The notes beneath the pieces were generated by a model. That model was not told where the DNA came from, made no database searches, and worked only from the letters and a program-made list of their open reading frames with translations. The position numbers and the translations under genes are program-made. A DNA stretch of 64,000 nt from the NCBI GenBank assembly GCA_951406725.2, contig OX597824.1:10788001-10852000 (forward strand). Direction: 5' to 3'. The stretch is from Octopus vulgaris. Its lineage: Eukaryota. Positions 1 through 12,153 of the stretch are shown piece after piece. Position 1 is the first letter of the stretch, and every line of letters starts with the position of its first letter.

Positions 1-17
1 TCTCCCTCTTAGCAAGC

Positions 18-18
18 A

Positions 19-56
<38 letters not shown>

Positions 57-473
57 CCTCTGATGGGACCATTCTTCAATACAGGGACTTCCAGCTGCCT
101 CAGCATACAGAAACCAGTAAAGGTATATGGCAGTGATACAGGACACACAGACACTCACACACACATAAACACACACATACACACACTCACACACATACAC
201 ACACACATACAAACACTCATATACCCACACACTCTCACCCACACACACACACACACATAAACACTCATATACACGCACACTCACACACGCACACACACTT
301 ACACACACACACACACAAACATACAATCACACACACAAACGCATATACATATACACGCGCACACGCACACACGCACACACACAAACACACACACACATAC
401 GCGCGCACTCACACACACACACACTCACACACAAATACACACATACACGTGCGCACGCACACACACACACACA
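18..473. repeat. Degenerate (CA)n microsatellite region
   Basis: Pure and interrupted CA runs. Confidence 0.95.
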
Positions 474-769
474 GTTCAACGAACGAGAGAGGCAGTTGGC
501 AGTGTTTTGGCTTTTAAAAATTTTTTTCGTCGATTTATAAACGCTTCACTGAACAGCAGACATTTATCCTTTGAGACAATAGCAACGATTTCTCCCGCCG
601 AGAATCTTCCGCTTAAGAAACACCCCCACCCCCACCCCCATCACCACCACAAGTGCAGCAATAATCTTTCCAAAATGCATCACTGTCATGACCACTACCA
701 CCCCACCTCCCACCCATCCACCCTACACCTACTTTTTTCTCTCCAAGGCAATTCTACATAAACATACCT

Positions 770-1087
770 CCACCACCACCGCCACCGATACCAAACCATC
801 GTCACCACCCTTAACAATCTTTTTTTCGAGAGATTTTTATATAAACTAATCGACATCACCCTCACCATCATCATCATCATCATCATCATCATCACCAACA
901 CCAACATCACCACCACTACCATCGCCGACCCTGACAACAACAACAACAACGACAACAGTAACAATCTTTCTAAGAGGTTCTTACACAAATGCATCACCGC
1001 CACCGCCGCCACCACCTACAATTATTGCAACAACTTCTCCAAGGCAACATATCACTACTCCCATGACTGCTGCAACAGCAACAACAA
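770..1087. repeat. Compound trinucleotide low-complexity region (CAC/CAT/CAA)
   Basis: Runs of CAC, CAT and CAA triplets. Confidence 0.85.
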
Positions 1088-1272
1088 GTGGAGGCGCAAT
1101 GGCCCAGTGGTTAGGGCAGCGGATTCGCGGTCGTAAGAACGCGGTTTCGATTCCCAGACCGGGCATTGTGTTTATTGAGCAAAAAATGCCTAAGCTCCAC
1201 GAGCCTCCCGTGGGGTGGGGGTTGGGGTGGACCCCGCTGTACTCTTTCACCACAACTTTCTCTCACTCTTTC
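1088..1272 (+). mobile_element. tRNA-derived SINE family C, 5' part
   Basis: GTGGAGGCGCAATGGCCCAGTGGTTAGG (A box) ... GGTTTCGATTCC (B box); same head at 15377 and 18413 and reversed at 9834 and 30061. Confidence 0.85.
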
Positions 1273-2092
1273 TTCCTACTTCTGCCACAAAGCAGAGGAA
1301 CCATGGTGTAACCCACTATGGTGTGGTAAACTTTCAGACCCTAGTCTAGATTGCGAATCCTCTGTACCCCAGGATGGTTCAGCTCTCCACCCGTTAAAAA
1401 GCCACCGTTTACGGAATGTGGATAACAACGTAGCTTTCGCGCCCGTACAACCGCCAGTCTATCGCGTGTGGTGGAAGGATCTTCAAGTTGACGCACGCAT
1501 TCTCTTAGTAGCTTAGAGTAGGCTCGAATTAGAGATTATTCTTTTGTGGCTAATCGCGTGAGTCCTGATTGGAAGAGGAATAAGACAACAGCAACAACAA
1601 TAGCATCTATGAAGCGTCTTCATAAACACGCCACCACTATCACTGTCACTGCTACAACTTCTAGAGGCTTCTACATAGACACAACAACACCACTACTATC
1701 ACCATCACGACAGCAACAGCAACAACAACTAGCAGACATTCCATCTTAAACCTTCCTTAATACCTTTCACCAGGAATTTCTGATCAATTCCGTAGTTGTC
1801 TGAAATTGAAACCCTGTCACCATCACTACGGTGCAGGCACGGCTGTTTGATGAAGAAGCTCGCTTTGCAACCACATGATCGCGGATTCAGTCCCACTGCA
1901 CAGCATCTGGGCCGCCCAATGCCTTGCAAGTGTGAATTTCGTAGACGAAATTGTATGGTAGCCCGTCATACATAGATACATACATGCATACGTACGTATG
2001 TATGTTTTCTTTCTCCTTTTAATTCAGAATAGATTTTGACCGGCCACCTGCTTAATAGCAAAGTTGTGAATGAAAGTACAGTGTGCTGGTCA

Positions 2093-2320
2093 TTATCCCT
2101 TAAATCTTAAAAAGGTATTGCAGATTTTTACAGTCCCAGACAGCGTGATCATTTGCAGTGTAGGAATTAGGGATTTGCGTTCTCTTCCCAAGAACCCAAG
2201 TTCAGCAATACTTTGCTCTAGACGAGTTGGTATATACCTTGTTGCTCCAATGATAATAGGTATGAAGCTGAAAGTGCTTAATAATGGAAGGCAAGGTTTA
2301 TGATATCGGAGGAATATCAT
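2093..2320 (-). pseudogene. 3' end of a restriction-like-endonuclease non-LTR retrotransposon (R4/Dong-like)
   Basis: Translation FIPIIIGATRYIP..L..LGF..LI..LQ..LSGTVKICNTFL* resembles the C-terminal PIxIGAxGxIP...LQ...GT..I motif of RLE-clade ORFs. Confidence 0.65.
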
Positions 2321-2565
2321 CTACTTCCATCATCTTCTTGTTCTTTATGTAGTTCAGGCTTCCGGCAGGCGAAGAGAAAAGACTGCAGGTACAACTGCTA
2401 TTTACAACTGGTTTATTTACAGGAAAGGTGAAGTGTGCTGCTCTCAGCTACCATCTTAAGCTCCGTTAGTGGGGGCGCATTGCCTCTGGAGATAGGCAGG
2501 CAGAAAACCACAGCCAGTGGTGTTGTTCAGCCAGTGCGGCTGTGTTGTGGCGCCGAAGAAGAGGA

Positions 2566-3026
2566 ACGTAGCGGCAGGCGAAATACCGCTAAGCATTTCG
2601 CCCAGCGTGCTAACGATTTTTATTTCTTTATTGCCCAGAAGGGGCTAAACATAGAGGGGACAAACAAGGACAGACAAACGGGTTAAGTCGATTATATCGA
2701 CTCCAGTGCGTAACTGGTACTTATTTAATCGACCCCAAAAGGATGAAAGGCAAAGTCGACCTCGGCGGAATTTGAACTCAGAACTTAACGGCAGATGAAA
2801 TACCTATTTCTTTACTACCCACAAGGGGCTAAACACAGAGAGGACAAACAAGGACAGACAAACGGATTAAGTCGATTATATCGACCCCAGTGCGTAACTG
2901 GTACTTATTTAATCGACCCCAAAAGGATGAAAGGCAAAGTCACCTCGGCGGAATTTGAACTCAGAATGTAGTGGCAGATGAAATACCGCTAAGCATTTTG
3001 CCCGGTGTGCTAACGGTTCTGCCAGC
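2566..3026 (-). mobile_element. SINE family B, tandem partial copies
   Basis: Two consecutive copies of the reverse complement of GAGTTCAAATTCCGCCGAGGTCGACTTTGCCTTTCATCCTTTTGGGGTCGAT...AAGAAATA. Confidence 0.9.
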
Positions 3027-3214
3027 TGCCTGTTGTTACTCTTCTTTCTTTTCATAGTCGTCATCATCATCATCAGCAGCAGCAGCAGTAGCAGCATCAT
3101 CGTCATCGTCATTCAGTTCCCTTTAGTTCAGTGTTCCTTCTGTTTTGAATTGCAACAAATGTTTGTAGTTGGGAGTTGATGATATCATTGCTTTTTGTTT
3201 TGTAGTGTGTGCGT

Positions 3215-3245
<31 letters not shown>

Positions 3246-3286
3246 CGTGTGCGTGTGCGTGTGTGTTTGCTTTGCGGTTTCAAAGC

Positions 3287-3317
<31 letters not shown>

Positions 3318-3693
3318 TTCAATGAAATAGATTGACATGAGTTTCCTTTGGTCCACATTCCATTGGATGATTAAATAAATACACAGAAATAACCTCAAGA
3401 TTACGTCGTCGTTGTCGTCGTCGTCGTCGTCGTCGTCGTTGTTGTTGTTGTTGGTGGTGGTGGTGGTGGTGGTGATGTTGCTTCTCTCCACCCATCCCCT
3501 CAGCCCCGTTGCTGAGTGTGGGTGTGTGCCTGCGACTGGTTTTGAGATATTGATTCAAAAATGAGGAAATAAATACAGAGAGAGATTTATTTGTGAAGCA
3601 GCAAACTCGTAAGATTGTGTTTTTACTTAGCTTTTTTTCTTTCTTTCTTTTTTATGAATGATCAATAATATGTAGAAAAAAATAACATGCAAT

Positions 3694-4275
3694 AGGCTGC
3701 GGGCATGGCTTGTGTGGTTAAGAGACTCGCTTTGCAACCACGTGGTGTCGGGTTCGATCCCACTGCGCAGCTCCTTGGGCAAGCGTCTTCTACTATAATA
3801 CCAATATATATTTCTTTACTACCCACAAGGGGCTAAACACAGAGGGGACAAACAAGGACAGACAAAGGGATTTAGTCGATTACATCAACCCCAGTGCGTA
3901 AATGGTACTTAATTTATCGACCCCGAAAGGATGAAAGGCAAAGTCGACCTCGGCAGAATTTGAACTCAGAACGTCACGACAGACGAAATACGGCTACGCA
4001 TTTCGCCCGGCATGCTAACGTTTCTGCCAGATCGCCGCCTTTGTACGTGTTGTTTTTCTGCCTGTCCCCTTAGTATCACTTGGCAACCGGTGTGGGTTTG
4101 TTTATATCATCTGTAAACAAGCTGTTTCGAAAAAGAGGCCAATAGAATACGAATAGGGTCAAATTTTAAAAGAAATAATTACTGGTGGAGGGGGGCGAGT
4201 TTCTCAACTAAAACTCTTTATGGTGGTGCCCCAGTATGGCCGCAGTCCGAAGACTGAGACAAGTCGAAGATAAAA
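3694..4275 (+). mobile_element. Diverged SINE family A copy interrupted by family B SINE
   Basis: Head GGCTTGTGTGGTTAAG...GGTTCGATCCC...CTTGGGCAAG at 3694-3797; tail ...GCCGCAGTC...GACTGAGACAAGT resumes after 4040. Confidence 0.75.
3810..4040 (-). mobile_element. SINE family B, full length
   Basis: Reverse complement reads GGCGGCGATCTGGCAGAAACGTTAGC...GAGTTCAAATTC...GTAGTAAAGAAATA. Confidence 0.9.
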
Positions 4276-4534
4276 CATGATTGATATTATACAGAAAGAA
4301 TAAGTTGTACAGTTCCGCTTCTCACTCATTCTATTGTCCATGGAACATTGAAACGTCTTAAACTCTGTCTCCACCGATTTGTTTTATTCTTGACTGAAAC
4401 TTTGTTCAAGAAAATCTGATCTGATACGCAAATCATCCTTCCCGAACAACTTTCAGAACCAATAGAATGGAGGAGAGGGCTTAATGTGGTCGGGAGCATG
4501 CAAGAAATAGCAGACAAACTGAAAGAAGCCCGTC

Positions 4535-4535
<1 letters not shown>

Positions 4536-4584
<49 letters not shown>
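4536..4584. repeat. (TA)n microsatellite
   Basis: Pure TA run following SINE-A internal motif GAAAGAAGCCCGTCG. Confidence 0.95.
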
Positions 4585-4586
<2 letters not shown>

Positions 4587-4844
4587 TAAATTTTCTCGAG
4601 AACATTCCTTTCTTAGTAGTAAGACCATGGGGGGGGGGTCGACTTCTAGCATGATGGATGTCCACTTAATGGTCATCCCTCTTATATGTATGTAATATAA
4701 TTTTTCTGAATCTTCAGATTTTTCTATATGCTAGACCGTTGGTTTTTAATTGATGCTAATCAAATTAATATTCAATTTTCACAACGTTCTTTATCTAACC
4801 CTATAGAGTTGTTCACTTTGATTTCTTGACCGTGGCATATTTAT

Positions 4845-5082
4845 TGTAACTCATCAGTAACTTGGCTGTAACGCATTGATTGTGACATGTTGGTTGTGTC
4901 TTGTTGACTGCGACTTGTTGATGTTACACGTTGATTATAACACGCCTGTGACTCGTTGGCTTGGTTGTAACTTGACTGTAACGTGTTGTGACTTGGCTGT
5001 GACGTAATGACTGATTTATGGACTGTAACTAGTCTGTAACTTACATGTGATTTGTCGGTTGTAACTTGTTGACTGTCACTTG
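4845..5082. repeat. Degenerate short-period repeat (TGTAAC/TGTGAC/GACTTG motifs)
   Basis: Many recurrences of GTAAC/GTGAC separated by TTGG/TTG spacers. Confidence 0.6.
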
Positions 5083-5873
5083 TCCCCACTGAACTATTCA
5101 ATGCCAAGCAACAACAATAACAACAACACCATCCTTCAGCATACAAACTGTGTACTTTATACCACTATTTTAGCAAGTAAGGTCAAACAGTAGATGGCAG
5201 AATCAGTAGATCGATTGAATTTAGCTATCCGCCCCCCTTTGAGCTCTGAGTCCAAATCCTGCAGGGATTGACTTCTCTGCTTTATCAGATGACAGCATAA
5301 GTACTAGTCAAGTACTAAAATGCAATCTAATGGATTATAATCTCCTAAACCCACAGTAGTTGAAACCTGGAATATAAAGTCCTTTCTTGATCTTGGTTAA
5401 TTCGGAATCTTAAAGAGTAATTCCTTGAATGCTCTTCAATGTATAATATCTGTCAATAATGGCGGAAACCTTGGCAAACAGACCGAAAATGATGGGATTT
5501 AGCTTTAAAACTATTAAGTATTCAACGAAATGACCCCTAAGTACAATTTAATATTTTAATTTTGAAATTTAATCAAGTGCTTTGCGTTGACTTAGCATTT
5601 TATCCTAATTAATTCTCCTGAGTAATGTTGCACTATATGATACCAACGCAAATAAAACATTTATACGTCTATATTCTATGATATTTAAAAGTTAGTTTAG
5701 AGAAGAAACAAATAAATTCTATCTTGTAATCTGCATGGTAAGCAATAGTTATGTTATTATTGGTAACCACATGTTTCCAAGTTCAGTCACACTATAGCCT
5801 CGGATCGACCAAAGCCTTGTGAGTGGATTTGGTAGACGGAAACCGAAAGAAGCCCGTCGTATACTCTCTCTTT

Positions 5874-6271
5874 TTTACTCTTTTACTTGTTTCAGTCATT
5901 TGACTGCGGCCATGCTGGAGCACCGCCTTTAGTCGAGCAAATCGACCCCAGGATTTATTCTCTGTAAGCCCAATACTTATTCTATCGGTCTCTTTGACTG
6001 AACCGCTAAGTTACGGGGACGTAAACACATCAGCACCGGTTGTCAAGCGATGTTGGGGGACAAACTCAGACACACAAACATACACACACACACACATACA
6101 TACACATATATATGACGGGCTTCTTTCAGTTTCTGTCTACCAAATCCACTCACAAGGCTTTGGTCGGCCCGAGGCTATAGTAGAAGACACTTGCCCAAGG
6201 TGCCATGCAGTGGGACTGAACCCGGAACCATGTGTTTGGTAAGCAAGCTACTTACCACGCAGCCATTCCTG
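5874..6271 (-). mobile_element. SINE family A, full length, nested in a plus-strand family A copy
   Basis: Complete reverse copy; outer copy head at ~5745-5862 and tail at ~6330-6540. Confidence 0.9.
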
Positions 6272-6689
6272 TGTCTATACACACACACACACACACACAC
6301 ATGTATGTATGTATATATGTATGTATGTATTTGTGTGACTGTGTTTGTCTCCACCACCATCACTTACAACCTATGCTGGTGGGTTTACGTACCCGTAACT
6401 TAGCAGTTCTGCAAAAGAGACCGATAGAATAAGTACTGGGCTTACAAAGAATAAGTCCTGTGGTCAATTTGTTCGACTAAAGGCGGTGCTCCAGCATAGC
6501 CACAGTCACATGGCTGAAACAAGTAAAAGAATAAAAGAATATTTGATACAAAGAGAATTAAAAATTTCATACTTTACTGATGCTGTTGTAATAAAGCCAA
6601 ATTACGACCAAGAAAATATTGTGGATGTGAGTTCCAATTACAATCACGACAAAGTGTAGTCTTTTATATTACGATTTGTTTATAAATAA

Positions 6690-6984
6690 CTAGCAGTATC
6701 GCCCGGCGTTGCTCGGGTTTGTAAGGGAAATAACTATATAAGCATTTTTAGAGAGTTATAGCCAAAAAATAGCAAAAAAATGCATTAAAAATGGAAAAAA
6801 AATTCAGGTAAATTATTTTTAAAATCGTAGACTCATCGTAGACGCGCGCTAATACCCAGAAGGGCTCGATATGAATCACGACTATAAGATACCCGCTTTT
6901 GGTTACACTGCACCGCAAAATGTGGGAGTAGTTAGGAATCTAAATCGTAGGAGACAGACACACAACTTTAGTTTTATATATAGA
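6690..6984 (-). mobile_element. Non-autonomous Helitron
   Basis: Minus strand: A|TCTATATATAAAA start, subterminal hairpin CCCGAGCAACGCCGGG, CTAG|T end, no TSD. Confidence 0.8.
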
Positions 6985-7330
6985 TATTCTGTTGTGTCTG
7001 GGGAGAGTCATTTTCTTTTTGTGCCTTATAATTTAACACACTCACTGGTAAAATTTCCACTTATTTCTTATTTTTATTTTCCTAAAATTTTCGTTGCATC
7101 TTGCAACCTTTTCAATAGAGAGTCAAGACTATTGAAGTCAAGACTATTGAAAAGGTTGCAAGACGCAACGAAAATTTTAGGAAAATAAAAATAAGAAAAA
7201 GTGGAAATTTTACTGGTGAGTGTGTTACATTACAAGGCACAAAAAGAAAATTACTCTCCCCAGACACAACAGAATATGCTTCAACACACGAACTCATATA
7301 AAGAATCTTGCAAACCAAATCCCAAAACGA
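6985..7330. mobile_element. Penelope-like pseudo-LTR fragment in inverted (fold-back) arrangement
   Basis: Arms ~6985-7118 and ~7144-7278 are reverse complements; another family copy at ~27617-27806. Confidence 0.65.
7144..7180 (+). ncRNA. Candidate type I minimal hammerhead ribozyme, U3:A8 core variant
   Basis: CTA-TTGAAAA-G-GTTGC(AAGAC)GCAAC-GAA-AATT-T-TAG; mirror copy on minus strand at 7082-7118. Confidence 0.6.
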
Positions 7331-7781
7331 AATATTATAAATTATAATTTAATCACTAATGCTATGGAAAAAGGGTACGTTCCACAGACATATTTTGATC
7401 TAATTTGATCTAATTATAAGATTCATTCCAATCAAATTAATTCCATTATATCTGCAGAAAATTCCTGACCTTATAGGAAGAAAGAGCTCGTTAGTATTGT
7501 GAAAATCCTGACGGTTTATAACCTCTGCAATCACATCTATACACTATAATGAAGCAAGTTATCTATTAATTCGTTGGAAATATGTAACTTTTACTGCCCG
7601 CACTTGACTAAGACATTTAAGGTTCACATCAATTTCTGAATGTTAATTTCTTATCCATCTCTAAACAAAAAATAGCAAAAACGTTTATAAATACTTTATA
7701 AAGAGCAAAATGAGTTAGAATAAAGAAATAGATGTGCCAGCTTTCTAACAAAAAAAGTAAAGATTGTCAAAATATAATAAT

Positions 7782-8012
7782 TATTTCTTTACTGCCCACA
7801 AGGGGCTAAACACAGAGGGGACAAACAAGGACAGACAAACGGATTAAGTCGATTACATCGACCCCAGTGCGTAACCGGTACTTAATTTATCGACCCCGAA
7901 AGGATGAAAGGCAAAGTCGACCTCGGCGGAATTTGAACTCAGAACGTAACGGTAGACGAAATACGGCTAAGCATTTCGCTCGGCGTGCTAACGTTTCTGC
8001 CAGCTCGCCGCC
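7782..8012 (-). mobile_element. SINE family B, full length
   Basis: Same family as 3810-4040. Confidence 0.9.
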
Positions 8013-8489
8013 TTTTATAATAATGGCGCAAAATGAGCAGCTGTCAAAGTTTACCATATTTTACTACAAATTTTATACTTGACGACCTAATACAAATCTT
8101 TTCCTGTAATTTTCCAGGTGTAATAACTTAAGAATACTAATATGCATGCGCCTGCATTTTTCATTGTAATAATATACATGCACGCACGTGTGTGTGCGCG
8201 CACTCGCGAGTAGTCTTAGCTCTGATGATTAAAGACGGTGGTAAAACATCTTCTTCTTGTCTTCAGCGAACAGAACAATAATTGGGAAATATCTAAAAGC
8301 TCTGCATCGGGAAAACTCGTTCTTCATCGGAGATGCACCATTATTCTTTGGCTACTCAAAGAATTTTGAAAGTAAATCGATATACATACATACATACATA
8401 CATGCATATATACATACATATGCACATATATATATATACACATACATACACACATATACATATATATATATATATATTATTATTATTAT

Positions 8490-8708
8490 ATGTAGAAAAA
8501 TACAAACTGGGACAAGAACGCAAAACACTTAGAAGACGATACAAAAAAACACGGAGGGGACATTCGAAGCCCTCAATCTTCAGTCAAGAACCGGATCATC
8601 CTCGCAATTTCGGCTGATTAATCTTGAGATCGCTCCGATCCGGCCAGCCCCCAGGAAAACTAAGCTACGAGCATTAGATTTCTTGGAAGAAGGATCGAAT
8701 GTATACGA
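8490..8708 (-). repeat. Unclassified interspersed repeat between TA tracts
   Basis: Reverse-complement match to 24045-24180 (CTCAAGATTAATCAGCCGAAATT...TTCTTGACTGAAGA). Confidence 0.75.
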
Positions 8709-9274
8709 ATATATATATATACACTCGGCCCCAATAGTTTTTTTTTTTTTTGTTTTTTTTTAACATGGAAAGATTCCTGTCGCCGAGATCTATCATATAA
8801 GCTAAAATGAAATATCCATTTTTTTAATTAAATATTTGGACTCAAAGTCGATTACATGCGTTATTCTCCCGTTTGAGATCTCACGTGTTTGACTCAAACT
8901 TTTTTTTTCCTACCGAACCAATTTTAAAATTATCTAGCACGAAATGTAAATTATAACGTGACCAATCTAAAAATGTAAAATGTAAATACCATCTAATTTG
9001 GTTAAGACCTGAATTAGTAACAAAGCCTAGAAGTTGTCGCGAGTAAATGTTTGATTTTAAGAATATTGTTCACACGCCACCGTGTGTGAATGATAATCAA
9101 ATGTTGATCTTCTGAATAAGAAGAATTTTCATGTCACATCCATGTAACCAACACATTTTTTTACTTCATTTCTCTGAATGAATTTACACAAATTTCTCCA
9201 ATTTTGACCTAAATCATGTCACCTGTTTTATTCGTTTCTTTCATATTATGACCTTTGACTCCCGTCCTCCCTCC

Positions 9275-9329
<55 letters not shown>

Positions 9330-9460
9330 ACCTTTACTTGTCACTCAACTTCCTACTTTCACAATGGATCGCTTGTCCGTCCTCTCTTCTTCCCCTTATC
9401 CTCTCTCAACCTCCGATCCATCACTTCCTACTTTTTGGATATATTTTATATCTTTCTTAT

Positions 9461-9835
9461 GTGGAAGCACTCCGTCGGTTACGACGACGAGGGTTCCGGT
9501 TGATCCGAATCAACGGAACAGCCTGCTCGTGAAATTAACGTGCAAGTGGCTGACACGTGTACCCTTAACGCAGTTCTCGGGGATATTCAGCGTGACACAG
9601 AGAGTGACAAGGCCGGCCCTTTTAAATACAGGTACAACAGAAACAGGAAGTAAGAGTGAGAGAAAGTTGTGGTGAAAGAGTACAGCAGGGATCACCACCA
9701 TCCCCTGCCGGAGCCTCGTGGAGCTTTTAGGTGTTTTCGCTCAATAAACACTCACAACGCCCGGTCTGGGAATCGAAACCGCGATCCTATGACCGCGAGT
9801 CCGCTGCCCTAACCACTGGGCCATTGCGCCTCCAC
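9461..9835 (-). mobile_element. SINE family C, full length
   Basis: Reverse complement of the 15377-15759 element. Confidence 0.9.
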
Positions 9836-9883
9836 ATCTTTCTTATACCGCCCCACTCACCCTTATCTCTTTAACTCATGGAT

Positions 9884-10294
9884 TACTCTTTTACTCTTTT
9901 ACTTGTTTCAGTCATTTGACTGCGGCCATGCTGGAGCACCGCCTTTAGTCGAGCAAATCGACCCCGGGACTTATTCTTTGTAAGCGCAGTACTTATTCTA
10001 TCGGTCTCTTTTGCCGAACCGCTAAGTGACAGGGACGTAAACACACCAGCATCGGTTGTCAAGCAATGCTAGGAGGACAAACACAGACACACAAACACAC
10101 ACACATACATATATATACATATACATATATACGACGGGCTTCTTTCAGTTTCCGTCTACCAAATCCACTCACAAGGCATTGGTCGGCCCGGGGCTATAGC
10201 AGAAGACACATGCCCAAGATGCCACGCAGTGGGACTGAACCCGGAACCATGTGGTTCGTAAACAAGCTACTTACCACACAGCCACTCCTGCGCC
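9884..10294 (-). mobile_element. SINE family A, full length
   Basis: tRNA-like head, internal microsatellite and GTAAAAGA-type repeated tail. Confidence 0.9.
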
Positions 10295-10363
10295 TGTTTA
10301 TTTTTATTTTTTTTTCGTTAACTTACTCTAAAATCTCCATATAGTTCCAATACTGGAACGTGT

Positions 10364-10762
10364 GGATCTTTTCTGTTTGAACGGCAGTTTTTTCTAGCAG
10401 TGTCATATGAAATTGTTACCCATAATTATGACCCTAGTATCGATCTATTGCATTTCAATCTATTTTAGGGTTAGGGTTAGGGATGGGGGGAAGGGTATCT
10501 TTTTTTCTTCACAAATGTAAATAAACCCAATCTGTTTCATACGGCACAGAATGTTGTTTACCTCAATGGATGTCAGTGATTGGTTGAAATTGCAGAAATC
10601 GAAGAAAAAACAACAACAAATATCTTACAAACTATAGAATTTTCTCAATAAAGCCAAGAGAAAAAGATGTTTTATAAACACATTCTACCAGTATACGAAG
10701 TTTAAAATTTTTTAGTTACCTAGAAATTATGTTAAAAACTGCCGTTCAAACCGAAAAGATCC
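10364..10762. mobile_element. MITE with 8-bp TSD and GG-starting TIRs (Merlin-like)
   Basis: TIRs GGATCTTTTCTGTTTGAACGGCAGTTTTT / AAAAACTGCCGTTCAAACCGAAAAGATCC; GAACGTGT duplicated at 10356-10363 and 10763-10770. Confidence 0.85.
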
Positions 10763-10800
10763 GAACGTGTTTAACAGTTCTCTTCGTTTTTCCCGAGAAT

Positions 10801-10801
<1 letters not shown>

Positions 10802-10860
<59 letters not shown>
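10802..10860. repeat. (AGAT)n microsatellite
   Basis: Pure tetranucleotide run. Confidence 0.95.
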
Positions 10861-11477
10861 GAGGGGACAAATTACAAGGTATAAGTACATTGAGGTAATT
10901 TTGCATAGATAGTTGTTGAAAATCACATTTGTTTTGAAAATCATTTGTTTTCTAGGAATTAATAATACAAACGTTACAAACATGTGCAATTACGTAATTT
11001 TAGCCAATAGGAAACTTCCATTCCCTGCATACAAGAAGTCGCACAAGTGCGTCTGTATGGGAACGGACACCACATAGACGAAACTTTTACGTGGTTTCTC
11101 GACCTACTAGAAACAGCCGCCAAATCTTCCTTAAACCACTTCATAACAGTTTAGAAAAACAAAAACACGAAACATTGTTCCACAATATCATATATTCCTC
11201 ACTTTAGGGACAGGCCCATGTGTTTTCCACTTGTTGAGTATTATTAATAATATTAGAACTAAAGTCAATTCCCACGGATGTAAGCTTTTATCGGACTGAT
11301 GACCATTAAAGCACTTTCTGGACACCGAAGATCAATATTAAATTTTATCTTATGATAAAACTGTAATTCCAACTACATGGTTCCGGATTCAGTCTCACTT
11401 CGCGGTACTTTGAACAAGTGCCTTCTACTATAGACCCAGGCTGACCAAAGCCTTGTTAGTGGATTTGGTAGACGGAA

Positions 11478-11543
<66 letters not shown>

Positions 11544-11799
11544 TATGTTTATCCCCCACCATCACTTGGCAACTGGAGTTGGTGTGTTTATCTCCCCGTA
11601 ACTTAGCAGTTTGGCAAAAGAGACCGATAAAATAAATGCCAGGCTTTTAAAAAAAAGTACTTGGTGCGATTCATTCGACTAAAAATTCTTCAAGGCGGTG
11701 CCTCCAGAATGGCCGCAGTCTAATGACTGAAACAAATAAAAGAGTAAACGAGTAAAAGTTTAGTGGTGGAGAAAGAATACCACCATCACCACCACCACC

Positions 11800-11833
<34 letters not shown>

Positions 11834-12153
11834 CTACATTCTATACCAAGTCTTTCTCCGCCACCACCGCCACGTTATTTTAAACTTTGCTTGCAATTTG
11901 TGTCGAGCCGATTACCTCGCAGTATTTCTTTCCCGCTTCTTTGCCTTCAAAGTCCAATCCCGCCCTTGGCTTGTTTAGGTGACACTCTTCATCTGCTGCT
12001 TGGTTTAGCACCGTAAATAAAATAAACGTAAAATAATATTCGGCAGTACTCGACTAAATACGGCAATAAAACGGATCTGAGAGACTGTTCCTTTTTTGAT
12101 AATGAAAGTTGAGTTGATTGCAAAAAGTTGAATCACACATGGTTTTTGTGTTA

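Noticed and set aside
2348-2560. Solo LTR (TGT start, GC-richer; similar stretch at 1290-1545)
   Set aside because: No matching CA end, TSD or second copy was found; left unclassified.
8560-8665. Hammerhead in the 8490/24045 repeat family
   Set aside because: GGCTG...CAGCCGAAA is present, but no intact 5' core can be placed in either copy.
10465-10482. Telomere or chromosome-fusion scar
   Set aside because: Only three units, lying inside a TIR/TSD-bounded MITE.
11763-11978. Poly-His peptide ORF (also 16074-16289)
   Set aside because: CAC/CAT triplet repeat duplicated with the segment; no splice or homology support.
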